A stretch of DNA of 64,000 bases from assembly GCA_038886535.1 (NCBI GenBank), contig JAVZXS010000003.1, positions 15,080 to 79,079 of the forward strand. Reading direction: 5' to 3'. A model generated the notes under the pieces. The model was not told where the DNA came from. It was given only the letters and a program-made list of their open reading frames with translations, and did not search any database. This DNA is from Candidatus Micrarchaeia archaeon. Its GTDB lineage: Archaea; Micrarchaeota; Micrarchaeia; CABMEP01. Of this stretch, positions 37,463-46,527 are shown one piece after another. The stretch's first letter is position 1. Each line of letters starts with the position of its first letter. The translations under genes and the position numbers were made by a program.

Positions 37463-38707
37463 ATGTTGAAAGATACGATATTAGCACTAAACCCACATTG
37501 GGAAGAGAATTTCTTTTATAGCTATCCATTGAAGCGTAAAGTTTTTACGAAAATTCTTAATTCTCTTTCTCATCCTCTAATGCCTACTTTGATAGGTCCA
37601 AGAAGAGTTGGAAAAACAGTTTTAATGAAACAGACAATAAACCATCTTATCTCTGAAGGATATTTGAGAAAGAATATTCTTTTCTTTAGTTTCGATGAGG
37701 AGGTAAAAGAACCATTAGAAATAATTAATGCATGGGAAGAGATGATCGCAAAGAAAGTAAGAGGATCAAATTTCTTTGTCTTTTTCGATGAAATTCAAAA
37801 ACTTGAAAACTGGGCATCAAAAATAAAACTACTTTATGACAATTTAGGAATAAAAATTTTCTTAAGCGGCTCTGCATCATTAGAAGTAAGAAAAGGATCA
37901 GAAAGTCTGGCTGGTAGGACAGTAGACATATTTGTAAATCCGATCTCGTTCGATGAATATCTTCTTCTTTCAGGAAAGAAGCATTCAGAAATAGATGAAG
38001 AAGAGTGGAAAAGTTACGTTATGTACATGCATAAACAACTACCAGAACTTGCTCTTTATCCATCAATTGACAGCAAAGAATACATCACAAGTATCGTGAA
38101 AAAAGTAATTTTTGAGGATGTCAAAAAATATTACAGAATAGAAGAATCAGAAACAATTGAAGGAATATTCAAATTTATATGTAGAGATCCAGGACAAATT
38201 ATTATAATATCCGATCTTGCTAAGGATTTCGGAATAAGCAGAATAACTGCATCTAACTATCTTCATGCATTAGAAAAGAGTTTTCTATTAAGAAAGCTAT
38301 ACAATTTCTCAAAGAATGCGAGAAAGATAGAGGTAAAGGCAAAGAAATACTATCCATTTTATACATCACTTGCAGATTATGTTGAATTAACAGACTTTTC
38401 GAAGCTTGCAGAAATCGAGGTAGCTTGGAAAACCCAAGCAGATTTCTTTTGGAATGACAGAGGAAAAGAGATTGATTTTATAAAATTAAAAGATAAAGAT
38501 TTAACAGCAATTGAGGTAAAAACAAGAAATATGATCGATAAGAAAGACATCAAATGGCTTGTAGAAAATAGAATAGGTGCAAAAAGAAGAATCGTGATTA
38601 CTGGCTTTGACTCTAAATACAACCTTGCTAAAGAAGATAAAGAAGAGATTAAAGACATAGAGTTTTTAAGACTTCATAAATTAGAATCAACATTTCAATC
38701 AGATTAA
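37463..38707 (+). CDS. AAA+ ATPase with a C-terminal PD-(D/E)xK-like module (COG1373 / DUF4143-type)
   Basis: Walker A GPRRVGKT, Walker B FVFFDEIQ, and C-terminal EIDF...IEVK (D...ExK). Confidence 0.7.
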   Translation: MLKDTILALNPHWEENFFYSYPLKRKVFTKILNSLSHPLMPTLIGPRRVGKTVLMKQTINHLISEGYLRKNILFFSFDEEVKEPLEIINAWEEMIAKKVRGSNFFVFFDEIQKLENWASKIKLLYDNLGIKIFLSGSASLEVRKGSESLAGRTVDIFVNPISFDEYLLLSGKKHSEIDEEEWKSYVMYMHKQLPELALYPSIDSKEYITSIVKKVIFEDVKKYYRIEESETIEGIFKFICRDPGQIIIISDLAKDFGISRITASNYLHALEKSFLLRKLYNFSKNARKIEVKAKKYYPFYTSLADYVELTDFSKLAEIEVAWKTQADFFWNDRGKEIDFIKLKDKDLTAIEVKTRNMIDKKDIKWLVENRIGAKRRIVITGFDSKYNLAKEDKEEIKDIEFLRLHKLESTFQSD

Positions 38708-38802
38708 AAACTTCAATCATCTTAAAGCAATTCAAATACCTTAATAAATTATTGATAAATTATTGAATCACTATTGAATCAGTTTAAAAGAAGCGTTTAA
38801 AA

Positions 38803-38850
38803 CTTACATTTTTGCAAACTATGATTTTCAAAAATGTTGAAAATTTGCAA
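38803..38850 (+). repeat. 48-nt direct repeat, copy 2
   Basis: 47/48 identity to 37371-37418; offset 1432 bp. Confidence 0.9.
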
Positions 38851-39121
38851 TATGGGATCCTATTCATCTAATATAACTAAGCGGTAGTTTTAAGAGAAAA
38901 ATCATAGAGTATGTAGCTATCATAATAGTTATGGAAATAAAAAGTATGAACATTATAAAATCCTAAAGTTAAATTAAAATCTCCAAAATCGTATCTAAAA
39001 TCCTTTATTCATTTAGGGATTCCTCCAAGTAAAAAATCCTATTTTTTCTTTACAGGATTTCTACAAAGCTATACAAAACAATATTTTTATATTACAACAC
39101 TGTTTTTTCTAAGGTGATAAT

Positions 39122-39724
39122 CTGATAGTAATAGATGTAGAAACAACAGGTCTCGATCCTAAGAAAAATTCTATAATTAGTATAGGCGTAGTTGATTTCT
39201 CTAATCCTAAGAGGCAATTTTATCGAGAATGCAGGCCATGGGAAGGAGCAATCATAGATGAAGCTGCATTGAATGTAAATGGATTTAAAAAAGATTCTTT
39301 GTTTAATCCAAATAAACCTTCACTTAAAGAAGCGATAAGCGAGTTTTTTTCATGGTTTCTTAAGTCTGAAAATCAAACTCTTGCAGGACATAACTTTGGT
39401 TCATTCGATTCAAAATTTATTCAAGCAGCTATTGAAATATATGATTTAAGTTTCAGGATACAAAGTAGATCTGTAGATCTCCATTATATTTGCTATGCAG
39501 ATCATTTAAGAAAAGGAATTCCTCTTCCTTTAAACAAAAATAGAACGAACATAAATTCTGATTATGCCTTCAAGTATGTTGGACTTCCAGAAGAGCCGCA
39601 CCCCCATATTGCAATCACAGGAGCAAAATTTATAGCTGAATCATTCTCAAGATTGATATATGGAAAGATTTTATTAGATGAATTTAGAAAATATAAAATT
39701 CCATCCCATCTAAAACAAAAATAA
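39122..39724 (+). CDS. DnaQ/RNase T-like exonuclease, paralogue 2, lacking a canonical start codon (CTG replaces the ATG); possible pseudogene or non-canonical start
   Basis: The frame is open from 39113 and encodes LIVIDVETTG (Exo I) upstream of the first ATG (39269). AGGTGATAATCTG aligns with AGGTGATAAAATG of paralogue 1. Exo II GHNFGSFDSKF; Exo III PHIAITGAKFIAESF. Confidence 0.55.
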   Translation: MIVIDVETTGLDPKKNSIISIGVVDFSNPKRQFYRECRPWEGAIIDEAALNVNGFKKDSLFNPNKPSLKEAISEFFSWFLKSENQTLAGHNFGSFDSKFIQAAIEIYDLSFRIQSRSVDLHYICYADHLRKGIPLPLNKNRTNINSDYAFKYVGLPEEPHPHIAITGAKFIAESFSRLIYGKILLDEFRKYKIPSHLKQK

Positions 39725-39814
39725 TCATAGGAAATCATGTTTAATAAGTATTAAATAGATGTTTTTCTATTTTTTAATATTGCACTTATTAGTTTAATTC
39801 TGGATTGTGGAAAT

Positions 39815-42568
39815 ATGTCACATTTGATAATTAAAAAATTCGGTTCTCTTACAGAAATACAGAAGCAAGCAATTCCTTTAGTGCAACAAGGAAAGAACGT
39901 TTTAATAATAGCTCCAACCGGATCTGGAAAAACAGAGACTGCAGCTGTACCAATAATGGAAAAGATAAAAGAAGCTAATCTTAAAGGGATTGCAGCTATC
40001 TATATCACTCCTCTTCGTGCTTTAAATAGAGATATGCTTAAAAGACTGACAGAATGGGCAAAAGAAATAGGAATAACTATTGCAGTAAGGCATGGAGATA
40101 CAGGAACTTCTGAAAGATCCTTACAGGCTAGATCACCTCCACAGTTTCTTATTACAACCCCTGAAACCCTTCAAGCTATTCTACCTGCAAAGAAAATAGG
40201 TGAGCATCTTAGAAATGTAAAATATGTAATTGTAGATGAACTTCATGAGCTTGCAGATAGCAAAAGAGGAGCTCAGCTTTCAATAGGTCTAGAAAGATTA
40301 GCAGAGAAAGCAGGTGAATTTCAAAGGATTGGAATAAGTGCTACAGTTTCAGATCCAATAAAGTTGTCTCAATTTTTGTGCGGATTCCGTTCATGTGAAA
40401 TAGTTGATTTAAAATATCTAAAGTCAATGAAATTTGAGATTTCTTACCCTCAACCAGTAATTCAGCATGAAAAAGAAGCAAACGAGCTTCAGATTGATTC
40501 AGCTGCCGTTGCAAGATTAAAGGAAATTCAAAAAATTATACAGCATCAACGCACTCTTATATTTGTAAATACTCGCTCAATTGCTGAGATTCTCGGTTCT
40601 AGGTTGATGAAGTTAGATCCAAAGATAGCAGTTCACCACGGTTCTCTATCAAAAGAAGTAAGAATTCAATTAGAGGATGATTTCAAAAACGGGAAACTTC
40701 ATGCTCTTGTTGCTACTTCTTCATTGGAGCTTGGAATAGATATAGGAGATATTTCACACGTAATTCAATATATGTCACCTAGACAGGTTTCAAGACTTGT
40801 TCAGAGGGTAGGAAGAAGCGGACATACTATAAAAGGAACTTCAAGAGGAACAATTATATGTGCAGATCCAGATGATGTATTTGAGGCCCATGCACTACTA
40901 AAATTAATAGAAGAAGGTCAGTTAGAAGAACAGCAGATCTGCGAAAATGCATTAGATGTTCTTGCACATCAGATTGCAGGCATATTGATTGAAAGAGATA
41001 AGGAAGTAAGTACAGAGGAGGTTTATAGCATAATAAAGAGAGCCTATCCATATTCAACACTTCATCCAGAGAAGTTTTTATCTGTAATTAATTTTATGGA
41101 AGACAAAAGACTTTTGAAAAAGAACGGAAACATGCTACAGAGAATGTCTTCTACACGTTTATACTACTATGAGCATCTCTCTACAATTCCATCTGTTGAA
41201 AAATTCCTTGTAAAGGATGCAGCAACAAACAAGATAATATCCACTCTTGATGAGGATTTTGTTTCTTTCTTTGAAACAAACGAGCTTTTCATAACTAAAG
41301 GGGTTCCATGGAGGATATTGGACATTGATAATGAGAGGAGAATTGTAGTGGTGGAGGCAGCAGATGATATAAGCGCAGCTATTCCAGATTGGGAAGGTGA
41401 AGAGATACCAACAAGCTATGAAGTTGCACAGACAGTTGGAAAATTAAGAACCAGCGTCAAGGAGCTTCTAAAGGAATCAGAAGATATAAATAAAGCAGCA
41501 AAAGAAACAGGAATAGAAGTAGAAGCTATAAAGGATTTAATTGATTCACCAGAATTTAGAGAAGTGATGCCAACAAATAAAAACATTCTTATAGAATGTT
41601 GGAATGATGTTGCTGTAATACATGTCTTAGGAGGCCTTAATGCAAACAGAACATTAGCTGCAGTGCTTGCAGAGAGATTATCAAAAGAATATGGTTCGTC
41701 AATAAAAACGCTTGTGGATGCGTATAGAATAGCATTGGTTCTTCCAAGGAAGGCAGAGTCAAATGTAGTAAAGGATCAGCTTTTAGCCATAGCCAGATCG
41801 GATATAAAATCAGATTTGGAATCCCATCTTTCTAAGCATAAGCTTTTTAGATTCAAATTCATCCACATAGGTAAGATGTTTAATTTGTTCCGTGAAACCC
41901 CCAGGATTTCAGATCGTTTCATCCAGGCCTTTGTAGGAACACCAGTTTATGAAGAGACACTTAGGGATGTTTATTCTTCTTATTATGATCTGAAGAATGC
42001 ACAAAAAATACTTGATGGAATTGCAAAGAAAGAGATTTCTGTCCACTCAGTGCAGGTGAAGAAACTCTCTCCAGTTGCAACACGTGCACTTATAAGGAAT
42101 CATGGGTCAGAGCTTATTGCATCAATAGAGCCAACATCAGAGATAATAAAGGCATTTAAAGCTAAGTTGCTTGGCAAGTCAGTTGTTTTATATTGCATGC
42201 ATTGCGGAAAGGATTGGATTTCATTTATTGGAACATTGCAGGAAAAGGTAAAATGCCCAAAGTGCGGAAGCAGTGTTGTTACAATAGTGCCTAATTTCGT
42301 CTCTGTAGAGGATATTAGAAAACTATTAAAGAAAAAGAGGCTTAATTCAGAGGAAAAAAGCTGGAGAGAAAAACTTGAAAGATCAGCCGCCATAATAAGT
42401 GCCTCAGGAAGGAATGGTGTGATTACACTTTCTACATATGGAATAGGCCCAACTAAGGCATCCTTCATTCTTAGCAGGCCATATAAGACTGAAGATGAGT
42501 TTTATGCAGCCCTCCTTGAAGCACAGAAGACATTTATAAGAACAAAGAGATTCTGGGAGTTTCATTAA
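39815..42568 (+). CDS. lhr: Lhr-type SF2 DExH helicase (archaeal Lhr2-like) with a C-terminal Cys4 zinc ribbon
   Basis: FGSLTEIQKQAIP, APTGSGKT, VIVDELHEL, GISATV, VATSSLELGIDIG, QRVGRSGH and CMHCG...CPKCG. Confidence 0.7.
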   Translation: MSHLIIKKFGSLTEIQKQAIPLVQQGKNVLIIAPTGSGKTETAAVPIMEKIKEANLKGIAAIYITPLRALNRDMLKRLTEWAKEIGITIAVRHGDTGTSERSLQARSPPQFLITTPETLQAILPAKKIGEHLRNVKYVIVDELHELADSKRGAQLSIGLERLAEKAGEFQRIGISATVSDPIKLSQFLCGFRSCEIVDLKYLKSMKFEISYPQPVIQHEKEANELQIDSAAVARLKEIQKIIQHQRTLIFVNTRSIAEILGSRLMKLDPKIAVHHGSLSKEVRIQLEDDFKNGKLHALVATSSLELGIDIGDISHVIQYMSPRQVSRLVQRVGRSGHTIKGTSRGTIICADPDDVFEAHALLKLIEEGQLEEQQICENALDVLAHQIAGILIERDKEVSTEEVYSIIKRAYPYSTLHPEKFLSVINFMEDKRLLKKNGNMLQRMSSTRLYYYEHLSTIPSVEKFLVKDAATNKIISTLDEDFVSFFETNELFITKGVPWRILDIDNERRIVVVEAADDISAAIPDWEGEEIPTSYEVAQTVGKLRTSVKELLKESEDINKAAKETGIEVEAIKDLIDSPEFREVMPTNKNILIECWNDVAVIHVLGGLNANRTLAAVLAERLSKEYGSSIKTLVDAYRIALVLPRKAESNVVKDQLLAIARSDIKSDLESHLSKHKLFRFKFIHIGKMFNLFRETPRISDRFIQAFVGTPVYEETLRDVYSSYYDLKNAQKILDGIAKKEISVHSVQVKKLSPVATRALIRNHGSELIASIEPTSEIIKAFKAKLLGKSVVLYCMHCGKDWISFIGTLQEKVKCPKCGSSVVTIVPNFVSVEDIRKLLKKKRLNSEEKSWREKLERSAAIISASGRNGVITLSTYGIGPTKASFILSRPYKTEDEFYAALLEAQKTFIRTKRFWEFH

Positions 42569-43050
42569 ACAACTGTATCAATGGGCAAACCAAATTCTAA
42601 GTGTTTGACAAACCAAAAAATAAGATTTATTTTCTCTACTTATATCTGGGTGGCACTACTTTAGAAAGAATATTGCAAAATAGAAAAAAAAAAGGAAAAA
42701 TATCTAATTATAATAAAGAAAAATCACATTTTTCTTTTCATTTATTAATTATAATTAATTATTAAGGTTTTTTATGTTAATTCTCTCTTTTTGCTTTTAA
42801 GCTATTAGGGTCTTTGATATAATAATCTTTTAAGTTCTGCCTATTGGAAATGATATCATCCTATAAGAGTAGTCGTAAGGATTTTATATAGAGTTTATTC
42901 TAATAATTTAATAGGATTTATTTAGAACTACTCAAAGATTTTTTAAATATTAGGAAAAAAGGAAAAATTCGAATTCTTACTTTCTCTCTAATATACCTAT
43001 AGTTCACTTTTAGTCGTCTGAAAATGTAACTGAAACAGATGCTCCGATAT

Positions 43051-43069
43051 CCACTTTGATTCAAAGTGG
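43051..43069. promoter_or_regulatory. perfect 19-nt palindrome, candidate operator upstream of the 43125 gene
   Basis: CCACTTTGA-T-TCAAAGTGG, ending 55 nt upstream of the ATG at 43125. Confidence 0.35.
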
Positions 43070-43124
43070 CACTTAATAGTAATTAACAATAATATTTATT
43101 AAAGTTGATTGCTTACATCTATTT

Positions 43125-44417
43125 ATGTCATTTGACAAAGGTCTTTCAAAGAGAGTACCAGAGCTTATCTTTCGGCTTCAGTTCGGAGACTCTTATGCTG
43201 CAACACAGCTCAGCCTTATTGCAGAATCAAAACCTCTTATTCTTGATATGTTAAGGAGCAAAGATCCGATTATCAATAAACTTCCTCCAATAATTATTTC
43301 AATCAATCCAAAAAATAGACAATGGATGAAAAGGATAGCAATAGAAGGAGGAATGGCTGCAGACAAACCGTTGGAACAGAAGAAAGAAAAGGCATTGGAA
43401 CAGTATGTTTATGAAATCATTAAAAAATGGAAATCAAATAAGAAACCTATTGAGGAAAGTATAAAAAAGGACGTTGAGGGTAATCTCCTTTCAAAGCAAG
43501 AGCTAAATGAAATAATTCGCACAATACCAAAAGAAGAAATTGAGCGCATTAAGAAAGATCTGATGGAATTAAAGGTAGAGCTTTCAAATAAGAATATTGC
43601 AGCATATTATTATCATGAGAGAGAAATAAGAACATCCTGGCTTGTTAATACAACCTATGGCATTCTCACAAGAAATGAAGTAAGGGCATCAATCCCATCG
43701 GAAGAGACTGAAAAGGAAATAAAAAAGATAATTGAATCATGTATACGTGAAAACAAGACACTCCATCTAATAGGATTCTGGGGAGGATATAAAGAAAGTA
43801 AGGATGGTAATCCAGATCTTGCTGATGAAAAGGCGTTGGATAGAATTAAAAGTCAAGTAGAACGCTTAAGATCACTTGGACTTAAAGTGGATGCAACACT
43901 TTTTCTTGCTGATTTACATGCGATATCTCCATTAATGGGAAGATCTTTAGAATTGAAGAGTTCTAGTACAATTTATCTTGCCAAAATCAAACAGATGTGT
44001 AATGAGAGAGATATCAACTACAAAAGTATAGCTGAAAGTTTTTATGGATTTTCAGTTTCTAACTATGCCTCTACCAAGGAAAGCGGAAAGGAAATTAGCT
44101 ATGAATATGAATTTAAAGAAGAAGTTATAAGGCGTGCTAAGGAGTTTTGGAAGAATGCAGACGAAGAAACAAAGGCTACAATTCTAAAAGCTGCAGAAAA
44201 GCATACTTTTACAGAAATGGAAAAAGAGGAAGCTGCACTGGGATATATAGGACACAGACTTTTTGAAAAAGAATGGCTTGAAACATTGGAGGACAGTATT
44301 ATTATTTCTTATGGTAGTCCACGCTTAGCGCCTCTTCTTCCAACAAATACCCTCTTTTGGTATTCAGTAGGCAATCTTTCTAATCCACCATGGTACATGG
44401 AAATGAGTGAAATTTAA
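43125..44417 (+). CDS. hypothetical protein (430 aa)
   Basis: Long ORF with a leaderless-type AT-rich upstream region; no motif I can assign (contains HLIGFWGGYKE ... LFLADLHA). Confidence 0.55.
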   Translation: MSFDKGLSKRVPELIFRLQFGDSYAATQLSLIAESKPLILDMLRSKDPIINKLPPIIISINPKNRQWMKRIAIEGGMAADKPLEQKKEKALEQYVYEIIKKWKSNKKPIEESIKKDVEGNLLSKQELNEIIRTIPKEEIERIKKDLMELKVELSNKNIAAYYYHEREIRTSWLVNTTYGILTRNEVRASIPSEETEKEIKKIIESCIRENKTLHLIGFWGGYKESKDGNPDLADEKALDRIKSQVERLRSLGLKVDATLFLADLHAISPLMGRSLELKSSSTIYLAKIKQMCNERDINYKSIAESFYGFSVSNYASTKESGKEISYEYEFKEEVIRRAKEFWKNADEETKATILKAAEKHTFTEMEKEEAALGYIGHRLFEKEWLETLEDSIIISYGSPRLAPLLPTNTLFWYSVGNLSNPPWYMEMSEI

Positions 44418-44530
44418 AAAAAGATAAAAAGAATTCAAGCGCTTATAGTTCTTCGATATTATCATTCATTTCTTACCTTATCTTTATAGATATTTAATAT
44501 TATTGCAGTTTACATGCTATTTTTCAACTG

Positions 44531-45235
44531 TTATTTAAATGGAATTTCTATTCCTATTCTGTGTAGATAGATTGGTGTTGCATCTCCATCTGAAACAAGT
44601 GCAGGATTATAGTTAAATTTCAAATTTCCAATTTGTTTTGAGACGTTTATTTCACCAGTTATCCATTTTGCTTTTCTAATGTCTGCAATATTCCATTCAC
44701 CAGAACAACTAACAGCAATATCTAAAGGTAATTTGAATTTAACAAGATATTCGATTGTTCGTTTATCTCTGATTAAATTTCTTCCATCATACCAAATTGG
44801 AAGCATAGCTATGTTCAGTGACACCCCTTTTGTAGGTTGAATTGTAGTATTAATACCTATTCCTAATTGACTAAAAATTTCATTATACTGCATTATATTT
44901 GTTCTTATTCCAATAACATTTTTATAAATATTTTTAATTAGAGTGTTTTTTCCAATATAACCTTTCTCTTCATTAAATAGCTTGAGAATAGTAGATCCTT
45001 TGATTTCTAATGGAAGATCATAATTCCCTGCAATTTTAATATAAGACGCTATTTTTGTATTTTCATGTTGGCCACTTGATACTAAACTAAGGTTCACATT
45101 TCCTTGACTGTTAAGTCTAGAAGGTGGAAGTAACATAGTTGCAAACATAGCTAATGCTATTGCAGTCTTTTTAGTGTTTTTTATTATTTTATACACCTTT
45201 GAGACACACATTCTCCTCTCCACATTTTTTTCCAT
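44531..45235 (-). CDS. hypothetical exported beta-rich protein
   Basis: N-terminal hydrophobic segment KKTAIALAMFATMLLPP followed by strand-like alternating hydrophobic patterns to the C-terminus (RIGIEIPFK). Confidence 0.5.
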   Translation of the reverse strand: MEKNVERRMCVSKVYKIIKNTKKTAIALAMFATMLLPPSRLNSQGNVNLSLVSSGQHENTKIASYIKIAGNYDLPLEIKGSTILKLFNEEKGYIGKNTLIKNIYKNVIGIRTNIMQYNEIFSQLGIGINTTIQPTKGVSLNIAMLPIWYDGRNLIRDKRTIEYLVKFKLPLDIAVSCSGEWNIADIRKAKWITGEINVSKQIGNLKFNYNPALVSDGDATPIYLHRIGIEIPFK

Positions 45236-45350
45236 TTATATCACCTCACTGTTATAACAATTCTTTATTATTTATTATTAATTGCATTAAAATTTGTAAA
45301 AAATAGTAAAAAAATGATAATCTTATAAATATTTTCAAATAAATATAGGT

Positions 45351-46418
45351 ATGGCACAAAATGTTAAGGGTACACTCAAAGAGGAAGCTAGAGAAGCAGA
45401 ATCTCAAGAGGCTAGGAATATTAAAAAGCTGAATAAAATAGGAAAAAGAATCTTATTCGAGCTTGACAGAGATTCCTCTCAAACACTTAATGAAATTGGG
45501 AAAAAAATAAGAAAGAGTCCACAGTATGTTGAATATTGGATCAATAAGTTGAGGAAGGAGGGTTATATTAAGGAGTTTTTAACTATCATTGATTATAAGA
45601 AATTAGGATATAACTATTATACCTTTTATATTTCACTAAGAATGATAAGTCCTAAGAAGTTGCAGAAACTTTTTGATTATTTTTATCGTGATTCATCAAT
45701 TACTTTGTTATATAGTTGTTATGGTAGATGGGATTTAATTATTGGATTTCTTGCTAAAGATCCATTGGAAGTTGGTGAGAAAATTAAAGATGTCAAAACT
45801 AAGTTTAGTGATACGATCGGGAATTTAAGGGTTGAAACACATGTTGGATCTTTATTTTTAGGTCGAAGACATTTGCTAGAAGGATTGGAAGAGTCTGAAT
45901 TAGAAAAGTTTTCTTCTTATCCTATCACGTCAGCTCCTGCGTCAGAAAAGCGTGAAATCATAGAATTTGACAAAAAAGATCTTCAACTTCTCTCTGTTTT
46001 GAAGAACAATGCAAGAACTTCTACAATTGAACTTGCAGAGAAATCCCACCTAACCCCAGATATGGTGAGATACAGATTGAAGAAATTAAGAGAAAAGAAA
46101 GTAATATTGAGATATACAATTCTTCCAGATTATGAAAAGATAGATTGGAAACTTTATCGTGTTCTTATTAAGCTAAGAAGAACTACTCCAATGCGTGAGA
46201 GAGAATTATTTAAATTTTTTGAAAATCAACCTCAAATCATTAGATATACTAAGGAGTTTGGAACATATGATGTTGCAATAGATGTTGAGATTTATGGAAA
46301 TGCTGATCTGAATAAATTAATTCGTGAAATGAAAGCAAATTTTTATGATATTATTTCAGATTTGGATGTACTCCAAGTTGAAAGGGCAGAGAAATCATAT
46401 TACTTCCTTTCTGTCTAG
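45351..46418 (+). CDS. tandem (double) Lrp/AsnC-family transcription regulator
   Basis: Two HTH+RAM modules: ILFELDRDSSQTLNEIGKKIRKSPQYVEYWINKLRKEGYI and LLSVLKNNARTSTIELAEKSHLTPDMVRYRLKKLREKKVI, each followed by a ligand-domain-like segment. Confidence 0.7.
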   Translation: MAQNVKGTLKEEAREAESQEARNIKKLNKIGKRILFELDRDSSQTLNEIGKKIRKSPQYVEYWINKLRKEGYIKEFLTIIDYKKLGYNYYTFYISLRMISPKKLQKLFDYFYRDSSITLLYSCYGRWDLIIGFLAKDPLEVGEKIKDVKTKFSDTIGNLRVETHVGSLFLGRRHLLEGLEESELEKFSSYPITSAPASEKREIIEFDKKDLQLLSVLKNNARTSTIELAEKSHLTPDMVRYRLKKLREKKVILRYTILPDYEKIDWKLYRVLIKLRRTTPMRERELFKFFENQPQIIRYTKEFGTYDVAIDVEIYGNADLNKLIREMKANFYDIISDLDVLQVERAEKSYYFLSV

Positions 46419-46527
46419 TTTTTAGCTGTAAATCTATATCAATTTATCTTAAATTGGAAGCAAATAAAAAAGAATCTAAATTAATTCGATAAGATATAAA
46501 TTTATAAATAAAAAATAAAAGAAAAAC

